From Paramoeba atlantica (lineage: Eukaryota; Protista; Discosea), in contig CDRNVI010000065.1 of the NCBI GenBank assembly GCA_977017575.1, positions 310,001-374,000 on the forward strand: a DNA stretch of 64,000 nt, read 5' to 3'. A program made the position numbers and the translations under genes. The notes beneath the pieces were generated by a model that was given only the letters and a program-made list of their open reading frames with translations, was not told the DNA's origin and did not search any database. Of this stretch, positions 1 to 8,927 are shown piece by piece; the stretch's first letter is position 1, and each line of letters begins with the position of its first letter.

Positions 1-2761
1 TTTCATAGCCGTCACTATCAGACTCACAGGTATCATGGGGAGGACATTCCGAATTAGATTTGTCGGTCTCTTTGCCATAAGATTCAAAATTCAGAGCGAG
101 GAAAATTTCAATGATCGTACGACAACGGCCACGTATATCTGGATTTACGTGAGGTAACACTTTTGATAATCCCAATATGGACACTTTTCGATCATAGTTG
201 CGCAAACGTTTGTGGTATTTCTCCAAAAAACTGCCGTACGCGTCAAAGAACTCGTTGAACATGTTGCTTGAACTTAAAGTATTCAAACAAAGATGCGAGT
301 CAAACCAGAATGCGTTCAGAATAACATGCATGAGTTTCAAGTGGAGTCTCGTGCTTGAGTCTTTTTTATGTCTAAGATTCGCTAAAACAAGATTTAGAAG
401 AAGAGGAAGCACATGATCTATATGTTCTTTCTGGTTTGCTCCGTGCTGTAACAATGTTTCTAAAAGGCTAGGTGCTACTAGAACGATTTCGTCCTCATAA
501 TCTTGAGTACGATCCAAAGTGTGCTCACAGATCTCTACGATGAAGTTAACTAGACCCCGTTGGCAAAATTCCTGTGGTGAAGAGCAAAGATAATTATCCA
601 AAGGGGCGAGCATCGAAGGTAGATAGTCAGTTCCCCCGTCGCAAAGAATTTGGCGGAGTCTAGGCAGAAGCTCCCACATGAAGGGGAGTAGAGATTTAGA
701 GTGCATGGTGAGAACGGAAAGGAGATCCAAAGTTTCTTCGAGATAGTCAGGCATATTTTCCGCAAGTAATTTATCAAATAGAGGAAACATCTTGCCCTGC
801 AGCGCATTGTACACCTCTTCATGAGCGGTCACGGATGCGCATAGAGTGTATAGCGCATTGAGAATGCGATCCAATGCCCCGCATAGCTCCGATGCTGTTT
901 CCACATTTTCCTGGTGAGAAGATTGATTCTCTACATCTTGCACTGCCCTTCGTTCTTCCTCTAGCATTCGTAAACCGTGAGTAACGAGAACTTCTGTTAC
1001 GTACTCGGCAAATGCTGCGAGTTGGTCGCCAAATTGATCTACTACGGCTTCCAAAAGTATTAACGCATCTTCATTGTTCAATTCTCGAGACAGACGCAGT
1101 GAAGTTTCTACCAGAAGGGGAAGAAAAGGCGCTACCATGCCATGTAATTCCGTGCGGCGCAAAATTCTTCTCCATCCAACAGTTGCTAGGACTTGAACGG
1201 GAAGCGGCTCCGCTGAATCCAAAAGTTGCATACCCGTCTTAAGAAAATTTTTTGTACCCTCTTCATTTCCTCCCAAAGCCATAAGATGTCGACAAGCTAG
1301 AGGGAAACAAATACTTCGAATGTACGATACTTGGCTGAAACAACCAGGCAAAACGACCTCCTTCACTAGATTGGTAACTGCTTTACTACACGGGCCTTTA
1401 CTAAGCACTGGAGATAATTTATCCAGCGCGTGCACTGCCCCATAAGAAGTGTATGGAGGTTCATTTTGAGCATGGCTCCCAAGAAATCCTAGAAATTGTA
1501 TTACCGATGATTGATTCCCGTCCTTGATTTGTTTCATGATAATGTTTTTAATCAGTCGAGCCGAAGCTTCTCGAGAGTCATAAATCGTGTGTTCCAGATC
1601 ACCTATACGATTGATGTATTCCTCAGGCTCATAGACCCAGAGGTGTTCATCGTTTTCAGTGAAACACAAAGCCTTAAACAATGGCCCAAGGATAAGTTCT
1701 TTCCAGTAACTCGCAAGTGAAGACATCAATTTGGCGTCATTAACAACCAATGAAAGATACTCCGTTGAAAGAGCAAATGATTTTTTGAAGTCTGCCGCGT
1801 GATCAACATGACAAAGATTAAAGCAACACAAGGCAAATCTTTCTGCATATTTAGAGTACCACGCATTCAAAAAATCTTTCTCGGCACGTTGTCTTGCTGT
1901 CTTCGCAGGTTTCTTTCCAAGTTTTCTCCGACTACAAAAGCCAAACCACCTGTGTATAATACGTGTTTCCCACTTTAGTATTCCCCACGCGTCTTCTGGC
2001 GTCTCCATATGCGGAATGAGCTTCAAGATATCAGTCATACTAGTGGAAAGTATCTCTAGCCATCTCAAAATATGATCAGAGTCCGAACGCTCATACGGCA
2101 TTCCAGAGCATGTGCTTGACCACAATATTTTACAACAGACTCGAAGTGGAGTACAACGACTTTGAAGCTCCGAGCCGTTTAACTCACCTGCAGAATTCTT
2201 TGGTGAAATTAACTTCATAAAAAGTGATTGAAGCTCCGGAAGCACCATTTGTGGATATGTCTCCCAAATAGCATTGTTTCCGGGCGCGTACTCGTACGTT
2301 TTCCCTACTGTACGAAGAATTGTCAACGCACGAGTAAGTATCGATAAATTAGGAGAAGAAAGCCAGTTAAGAGTTTGGGGAACTGTTTTTGACCACCCCG
2401 AAGGAGTAAAAAATTCAAACAAAGTTCGAAGTACCTCCAGAAGGGGTCGACAACAGCTATTGGAACAGCTAATAACAACTTGAAGAAACGTTTCCTCGAG
2501 CCCACGTAATGAGGCTCGTAGCTCTTCGTCGGTTTCACTGCTTAGTTGTATTCGAAAAACTAAGTTCTTCAAGTAAACTGATGCTGCCTGTCTTGTACTC
2601 TCTGGAAAGCTCTCCATGGAGATAATATTCAGAAGAACACCGAATATCTCTAGTGATTTTTCAGTTAGGTGGGCCAATCGTTCCTCACACGCTGTACGCA
2701 TCTCTTTATCAACAGAAAAGGTACCGTTTAAGGCATCTACAAGCTGCTCGATGGGAATCAT
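1..2761 (-). CDS. Importin-beta/karyopherin family protein (importin-7/8-like), 3'-truncated by the window edge
   Basis: Manual translation from ATG at 2761: MIPIEQLVDALNGTFSVDKEMRTACEERLAHL...STRQAASVYLKN, the typical IBN_N pattern. The frame was open wherever I spot-checked it (2761-1860, about 1500, and 50-1, where it is acidic). It is absent from the ORF track because there is no stop in the window. Confidence 0.72.
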   Translation of the reverse strand, partial: MIPIEQLVDALNGTFSVDKEMRTACEERLAHLTEKSLEIFGVLLNIISMESFPESTRQAASVYLKNLVFRIQLSSETDEELRASLRGLEETFLQVVISCSNSCCRPLLEVLRTLFEFFTPSGWSKTVPQTLNWLSSPNLSILTRALTILRTVGKTYEYAPGNNAIWETYPQMVLPELQSLFMKLISPKNSAGELNGSELQSRCTPLRVCCKILWSSTCSGMPYERSDSDHILRWLEILSTSMTDILKLIPHMETPEDAWGILKWETRIIHRWFGFCSRRKLGKKPAKTARQRAEKDFLNAWYSKYAERFALCCFNLCHVDHAADFKKSFALSTEYLSLVVNDAKLMSSLASYWKELILGPLFKALCFTENDEHLWVYEPEEYINRIGDLEHTIYDSREASARLIKNIIMKQIKDGNQSSVIQFLGFLGSHAQNEPPYTSYGAVHALDKLSPVLSKGPCSKAVTNLVKEVVLPGCFSQVSYIRSICFPLACRHLMALGGNEEGTKNFLKTGMQLLDSAEPLPVQVLATVGWRRILRRTELHGMVAPFLPLLVETSLRLSRELNNEDALILLEAVVDQFGDQLAAFAEYVTEVLVTHGLRMLEEERRAVQDVENQSSHQENVETASELCGALDRILNALYTLCASVTAHEEVYNALQGKMFPLFDKLLAENMPDYLEETLDLLSVLTMHSKSLLPFMWELLPRLRQILCDGGTDYLPSMLAPLDNYLCSSPQEFCQRGLVNFIVEICEHTLDRTQDYEDEIVLVAPSLLETLLQHGANQKEHIDHVLPLLLNLVLANLRHKKDSSTRLHLKLMHVILNAFWFDSHLCLNTLSSSNMFNEFFDAYGSFLEKYHKRLRNYDRKVSILGLSKVLPHVNPDIRGRCRTIIEIFLALNFESYGKETDKSNSECPPHDTCESDSDGYE

Positions 2762-3106
2762 TGACAGCAAAGTTATATGAAAATCCAAAATTTACAATAA
2801 ATGCCGGAGTCAGTTATACAATTGAGTAATCATTATAGATTTATGATCAATGTCAAACGTCAACTCATAAATATTTCTTCATAGCAAATTCGGTTATACA
2901 CGTATGGACTAAGAGGCTTCACATTTGTCAAGATAATGCATCGTTTTTCAAAACACAGCTCGGACTCATATTACAGAAAAAATAGCAAAACGGCACTCTG
3001 CTTATAGATGATATAATAGACCGTGAAGTCCACAATCCATCCATTATCATATTCACTAACCATTATACATCGATTTCGCGGCAAGATGAGCCTACATCAG
3101 CCTGCA

Positions 3107-4534
3107 TTAGAGCAAATACTTCGTGATGTCCATCTTCTTCAGTAGATCTCCTACTGCATCTTGGACATGTCCCGCAGTTATCGTAAGCTTCTTACCTTTT
3201 AGCTCCGGTCCCTGGAAACTGTAGTCTTCCATCACTCGCTCCATGATTGTAAAGAGCCGTCGAGCACCAATGTTCTGCAGGTTCGTGTTCACTTGCGTCG
3301 CGATGGATGCCATGGCCCATATTGCCCTTTCCTCGAATTCCAAAGTTACACCCTCTGTTGCGAACATTGCAATATTTTGTCTGATGAGGTTATGCTTCGG
3401 CGTTGTCAGAATGCGATAGAAGTCTTCTTTGGTCAGCGCCTTCAATTCCACCCGAATAGGTAGCCTGCCCTGAAGCTCGGCAAGCATATCGCTTGGCTTG
3501 ACGGCATGAAACGCGCCGCTGCAGATAAACAGAATCTTATCCGTCTTCACTGTGACGTTACTTTTCGTCGTCACCGAAGTACCCTCAATCAGCGGAAGTA
3601 AGTCCTGTTGGACCCCTTCGGCGCTGGCCTGATGTCCGTGATAGGAGTCTCGTCCCACCACAATCTTGTCAATCTCGTCAATCACCACAATCCCGTCCTC
3701 TTCACACGCCCGGGTAGCCTCCTTTTGCACATCCACCGTGTCCACGAGCTTTTCCAGCTCCTCCGCCGTCACCACAGGCAGCGCCTCCTTAATCCGCATT
3801 GTCTTCTTTATTGTGCGCTGCCGTTTTCCCCCTGCGGCCATCCCAGGCAGGTCAAGCGAAATGTGTATGTTCCCCTCCGCAGCCTGTTTCGGTGCATCCT
3901 TCTTCTCCGTAATGTCCAGCGTGACATCCAAATCGTCCAGTGCCCCCGTACGGAGGTGTTCACGAAAACTCCCGGTGGACCCTGCCAGAGCTTGCAGGAT
4001 CCGATCCTCAGCCCGGGCCTTCGCGACCTCCTCGTTCTTCTTCACCACCTGGTTACGCACGTTCGCAATCGAGGCCTTTAGCAGGTCATCAATAATGGTG
4101 TCCACATCACGCCCGTGGAACCCCACTTCCGTAAATCGCGTAGCCTCGACTTTCACAAACGGGGCCTCGGTGAGCTTCGCCAAGCGACGCGCGATCTCCG
4201 TCTTGCCACACCCCGTGGGACCGATCATTAAAATATTCTTCGGGGAGATTTCCTCTTGCATGTCGAGTTCCACATGGTGGCGACGCCAGCGGTTGCGTAG
4301 CGCAATCGCGACGGCGCGTTTCGCCTCGGGCTGGCCGACAATAAACTTGTCGAGCTCCTTTACAAGGGACAGGGGGGTCATGCATTTCATGTCCCGTGCG
4401 GGGTTGGGTGGGCTCTCGGCCCCGTCTGGGGATTTGGGAGCGTTTGTATCGGGTGTGGTGTCCGAGCCCTCGGACCCGGAGGTCTTCAGAAGCGTTGCGG
4501 TGGCAAAAAACAGACGACCGTAGGATCGATGCAT
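3107..4534 (-). CDS. HslU: ATP-dependent HslVU protease ATPase subunit (mitochondrial HslU)
   Basis: ELDKFIVGQPEAKRAVAIALRNRWRR, Walker A GPTGCGKT, VEATRF, Walker B DEIDKI, GVQQDLLPLIEG, ELQGRLPIRVEL, NIGARRL; N-terminal presequence-like extension. Confidence 0.97.
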   Translation of the reverse strand: MHRSYGRLFFATATLLKTSGSEGSDTTPDTNAPKSPDGAESPPNPARDMKCMTPLSLVKELDKFIVGQPEAKRAVAIALRNRWRRHHVELDMQEEISPKNILMIGPTGCGKTEIARRLAKLTEAPFVKVEATRFTEVGFHGRDVDTIIDDLLKASIANVRNQVVKKNEEVAKARAEDRILQALAGSTGSFREHLRTGALDDLDVTLDITEKKDAPKQAAEGNIHISLDLPGMAAGGKRQRTIKKTMRIKEALPVVTAEELEKLVDTVDVQKEATRACEEDGIVVIDEIDKIVVGRDSYHGHQASAEGVQQDLLPLIEGTSVTTKSNVTVKTDKILFICSGAFHAVKPSDMLAELQGRLPIRVELKALTKEDFYRILTTPKHNLIRQNIAMFATEGVTLEFEERAIWAMASIATQVNTNLQNIGARRLFTIMERVMEDYSFQGPELKGKKLTITAGHVQDAVGDLLKKMDITKYLL

Positions 4535-5175
4535 GAAGAGGGTAAAAAAAACCGGGTAAATATCGTGGTATTCGATAGATATCTAAGAATTTCTTACAGA
4601 AAATTCTATTTTTGCTCTTACAATTGCATTTTAATTCAAAATATTCATACCGCCGCGTATAATGGCTAGTTCTGTACCTTGTTGACAACGTTTTTTATTA
4701 ATGTCTTTTATTAAAAAAGAGCCCCGAAAGGTGTCCGGATCTTTCGGAGGTTTGTTGGCGGCCAAAGAAAAACTCCGATTGGCCACGTGTTGTCGGGGAA
4801 ACCTGTTCCTGCCCCCAAAGCAGGAATGGGGAGTAGCTAAACTCCGGCCGCGGGCTCTGTTCCGTATGTAGTCTCTTTTGCTCCCTGGGGGGCGTTTCGC
4901 TATAACCTGGCATAGGTCTTATGATTTACGTACGAAGTTGTGGGAGGGGACTGTTGTACCATTGCTTGCGGATGGCCGGCGCCTCGTTAAGTATGATGCA
5001 ATGGCTGATCGACTCCTCCCGTTTCCTCCGAATGATTCACGGATACTTGTTTCAAGGGGAAGAGTTGGTACCTCAGGAAAGAAAAGGAAGGACAAACGGG
5101 ACAGGAAACGCAAATACTGCTCTCGAGCTGGCTACCGAGAGCAGCCATCCAAGATGAGCGCTATGAGAGGGGGGA

Positions 5176-5440
5176 TTTACAGTTAGTACCCTAAATGTGG
5201 ACACTTTGAAGCTAAAAACAACGGAAGCGTTTTCGCTAAGAAAATCTATTAGACTGCACCAGGCGGCAGGTTTCATGAGGAGTCAACGCACTGAAATTAT
5301 AGCTCTGCAGGAAACAAGGCTGACGTTTGAAGGAAACGAACCGATTTTACATCGGAAGCTTTATATAAGCTAGCTCTTAGTTCACCTCTATCTGATGAGT
5401 GCAACAAAAGGGTACAATGGAATGGCACTAATTAGCAAAA
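5176..5440 (+). mobile_element. Degenerate apurinic endonuclease (APE) domain of a non-LTR retrotransposon (RTE-like)
   Basis: Frame +1 reads FTVSTLNVDTL...IIALQETRL...[TAG 5371]...LYLMSATKGYNGMALI, matching the APE motifs TxNVxTL, LQET and GxxGVA; in-frame stop, no RT domain. Confidence 0.6.
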
Positions 5441-5867
5441 TCAGGGCATTCGGCTTACGTTGCATGATGGGAATTAGCGATCCCAGCTTCCCGAGCTAAC
5501 TCACCCGGCGTCGTAAAGCAAACGACGCTAAACTAGGGTGAGATTGTTTCCGTGCAACCTGGAAATGGCAATTCCAGCACCCGGCACCAACAAAACAAGG
5601 CGCCAAATAACTAGGGTGCGAGGAATGCCGCGGAAAGGGTCTGCCCGGCACCAACAAATTGGGAAACTAGGGTAAATACCAATACGCACTAACAAATAAT
5701 CATTGGATGCTTGGCGGCTGTGCAGTCTGTAATGCCCAGTCTAAAAACTGTGACGCATGGCAAAAGCTATGATTTTCATAGCCTGGCTCGCACGGCTAAA
5801 AGCAATTAACTTTGGATAGTTCCCGGCTATCTCCGAGAGGGTACGTCCCTAGGGGATAAACACCCTT

Positions 5868-5889
5868 ATCAATCAATCAATCAATCAAT
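5868..5889 (+). repeat. (ATCA)5 microsatellite, possible retroposon 3' tail
   Basis: atcaatcaatcaatcaatcaat, about 430 bp downstream of the APE remnant. Confidence 0.7.
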
Positions 5890-5993
5890 AACGGCTAGTA
5901 GGCAACCACATCCCCCTATATGCGACAAAGGGAACTGTTTCTTGGGGATGACGTTAGCACCCGAAGCGCAACAAAGCATCGCTCTATTTTTGA

Positions 5994-6120
5994 CTCAAAA
6001 CTGGGGATGTGGATGGGTAAGAACTCCTTCGCTGGGGCATTTCAAACATAGACACAAAAGTGTCCCATATGTCGGTGGAGAAGTACAGACGGTCCGTCAC
6101 ATTTTAACTGAGTGCCCTGT
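5994..6120 (+). mobile_element. Frameshifted C-terminal CCHC-knuckle remnant of a non-LTR retrotransposon
   Basis: Across three frames: LKTGDVDG*ELLRWG.. / CPIC / GEVQTVRHILTECP, resembling the LRTG..L.RWG..C..C..QT..H....CP end of ingi/I-type elements. Two frameshifts are needed. Confidence 0.45.
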
Positions 6121-6308
6121 TGCGCTCAGTCAGGAGCGTTTTTCCTACAGGCATTATCGTATTCTTTTATGCCGTCATCGCATCACCCTCCAGACTCCTG
6201 CGCCGGAGTCCGCACCTCAACTCTATTTGCTATGTGCGCTGAGACGAGGGCTCTGACCGGGTGAGGTTAAAAGAGGACAGTACATTTTTATATTTTAATT
6301 GCGCTCTT

Positions 6309-8741
6309 TCACCAAGCATCAACAAAGTATCGACCATTGAGGTGCATGCGGTGCACATATTGACGCGCATCTTCTATTGTACGAAGAGCATGCAAAGGTC
6401 CGACATTTTTGTCGGTCGCATACTCGTATAAAACCCTTGTCAAGGCATTCGTTACATCGCGCGGCATATTCTTGGCATTCCCCGAGATAAATACTACTGC
6501 TTGGCGCTTAATGATAAGGTCCACTATATGATGACCCAGCGGCAAATACGAAGGCGTGTCGGAAGGTACTGGGGCAACTGTACCTGTATCTTTTTTTCCT
6601 GTGAAAAATTTAGCAACATGTATACGATTTTCGGGATCAGAAATTAGATGCTGTACGTAGCGTTTGTAACCTGGTGTGTCCCTTGAAAAAGCCACCAGAC
6701 TAGAAACCCGTTTAGAATGATCCCAAGAAGCGTCTTTGGGGAAGCGTGCGTTGATAATGCATTCGATCTCATCCTTATACAACCAGTCTTTTGAAGAAAA
6801 CCGACATCCATATAAAAACATGTCGTGAGCGTTATCAATACCGGGTCTTCCCCTTTCAATGTACAGCGAACGACATGGAGCAATACCTAGGCCCGGCCCT
6901 ATGAGAATTAGTGGACGCGTAAGATCCTGGCTAAGCGTTTCAGGTAACACGCCTCGACGAAGACTACACCGTGGTAGAAATGCGCTACAACACTTATAAT
7001 CGTCTTTTCTGCTCTCCGGGTTCGCGACATGTGAAAGCTTGCACGCACATGTACTCTCATTGCATGGTGTGAGAGCTGCCAAGTAAGAAGTTGCATGACC
7101 CATTCTATGCCTTTTATACGGAGTGGTGTACTTAATCACAGCAAAAGTTATGTTTAACCTTAAATTATTAGGTGAATCTTCTTGGAAAGCACCAAGAGCG
7201 GTGTGCAGTGTGTCGAATGTTTGGTTAATCCCTGGAAAGCATGAAGAAATAGAGAAAAGTCGAGGCCGTATCGGAAGTGCGTAAGATACAAAAACGTCTA
7301 GTGGTAGACGAACATTCGGAAAGTCTTCCAAGACCTCGACTACGGACCTGTGCTCGCGTAGGACGTAGTCAACGTAATCTTCCACGCCGTTAAGGCCTCC
7401 AAGCTCTTCCAGTTTCTCAATGGATTCATCGCAAAGGTGTGTTGGTCCATTAGCGCAGCGCATAGCAAGCAGAAAGAGTTGAGGAGCGCTACCGTAGAGA
7501 TCCATACACCAGCTTAGCAACTCACCCAGGGCCATCCATTTGTTTAGAAAATTCTCTTCCAGCTCTGATGGAGCTACGTACAGACGCTCCGAAAGAGTTT
7601 CTATGAAGACTTTCACGTCGTTTAAGGGGTTAAACCCTTTCTCAATCAAATCCAAAACTGTGGTCCCAGAGGTCAAAGTGAGGTATTCACATATCTGTGA
7701 TACCATTCTCTGTGGATTAGGAGGTGAAACTGCCAGAGCATCTGTAGGGTACCACCGAATATCGCCTCCTGCCTCTTGGACGCCACTTTCACATGAAAAT
7801 GGGAGCAGTCTTAGTGATAGCTCTCGTACGTCTTGAAAGTGTTCTGGCGTCGTGATTCTCTTATTTTGTTCTACGCAGAGACTTATACTTGATAGTGCGC
7901 TAGAAATCTGCTCCTCACCGTGTCCTGATTTATCATTTTCATGTCTCAAATCATTTCCTTTGTCAAGGTTAATACAGCTGTTTAATAAGGCATTCTCTGC
8001 GAGCTCCTTCCCACAGATACGATATCGTACACTGCGGAGTAACGGCAATGCCATACTTTTTCCGGACGAATGTGTATCATGGTAGTCTTTTCTTGCTCCA
8101 GGTGCATAACTCAATTGGGACCGATCCGACAATAGATTTAGCAAGCTTACTGCCCATGGGAGAAACGATGTTCCCCATCCCCCAGACTCCATGTCGTCAC
8201 CTAATCCACGATTTAACAGAGGTTTGCCTCCTAATTGAGTGAGGCGATTGTGAAGCATTTTCCCCATAACGTTGTATTTTTCGTACGAAGAGTCTCCAAG
8301 ACCAAAAACTGCAAATGAAAACTCCGAACCCAACTCGTTATCCTGACAAAAGTGAGGACAGTTGCGTCTGAGTAATGTTTGCCAAAAACGATGCATCATA
8401 AGAGGGGGCTCACCTTGTCCAGCCGTAGAGACAATAAAAATAGTAGCAATGACCGGTGTAAATTCTTGAGGAGCATTAAAAAAATGACGCGCACCACTAG
8501 AAACTGATTCTAAAGAATTGTAATATTTTTCGATGGAATAAACGTGAGCTCTCAAAGGTGGATTTTTTCTCTCCCTTTCTCCTGTGTTCAGTACTTGGTA
8601 ACCAGCAATCGCCAACGCTAGCCGGATGGCCACTTCTCGCGCCGTTCCGGTTTCTGTAGCATACAGTATCAGCACATCTGGGCATTGCTTCTTTCTGTTG
8701 CCTTCAGCAAGATAGCGCTCTACCCCTGCCCTGGAATTCAT
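6309..8741 (-). CDS. NDOR1: NADPH-dependent diflavin oxidoreductase (Tah18/NDOR1-like)
   Basis: Flavodoxin motif LYATETGTAREVA; STAGQGEPP; FAVFGLGDSSYEKYN; RGLGDD; FAD motif PRLFSISS; NADPH motif LIGPGLGIAPCRS; LYGCR; ends in DAW. Confidence 0.87.
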   Translation of the reverse strand: MNSRAGVERYLAEGNRKKQCPDVLILYATETGTAREVAIRLALAIAGYQVLNTGERERKNPPLRAHVYSIEKYYNSLESVSSGARHFFNAPQEFTPVIATIFIVSTAGQGEPPLMMHRFWQTLLRRNCPHFCQDNELGSEFSFAVFGLGDSSYEKYNVMGKMLHNRLTQLGGKPLLNRGLGDDMESGGWGTSFLPWAVSLLNLLSDRSQLSYAPGARKDYHDTHSSGKSMALPLLRSVRYRICGKELAENALLNSCINLDKGNDLRHENDKSGHGEEQISSALSSISLCVEQNKRITTPEHFQDVRELSLRLLPFSCESGVQEAGGDIRWYPTDALAVSPPNPQRMVSQICEYLTLTSGTTVLDLIEKGFNPLNDVKVFIETLSERLYVAPSELEENFLNKWMALGELLSWCMDLYGSAPQLFLLAMRCANGPTHLCDESIEKLEELGGLNGVEDYVDYVLREHRSVVEVLEDFPNVRLPLDVFVSYALPIRPRLFSISSCFPGINQTFDTLHTALGAFQEDSPNNLRLNITFAVIKYTTPYKRHRMGHATSYLAALTPCNESTCACKLSHVANPESRKDDYKCCSAFLPRCSLRRGVLPETLSQDLTRPLILIGPGLGIAPCRSLYIERGRPGIDNAHDMFLYGCRFSSKDWLYKDEIECIINARFPKDASWDHSKRVSSLVAFSRDTPGYKRYVQHLISDPENRIHVAKFFTGKKDTGTVAPVPSDTPSYLPLGHHIVDLIIKRQAVVFISGNAKNMPRDVTNALTRVLYEYATDKNVGPLHALRTIEDARQYVHRMHLNGRYFVDAW

Positions 8742-8927
8742 TCAAGAAAAATTGTTCTACCCATCAATAGTTTCAAAGCGCAAACCATACCATAGTGAAA
8801 ACTTTTCACTGAAAAGTACATGTATGCGTTAAAGTGAAATACACTGTATAAGAAGCATACTGTTATGTGAAGCATGAAAAAGTCTGAGCCTCATATGAGA
8901 AACGTTATTCGCCTGTTTTTAATTACA

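Noticed and set aside
198-2538. Short ORFs listed in the first 2.5 kb
   Set aside because: Explained as alternative-frame or antisense shadows of the importin CDS.
3608-4688. Overlapping 157-285 aa ORFs around HslU
   Set aside because: Shadow ORFs from GC-rich codon use in a strongly conserved gene; no motifs.
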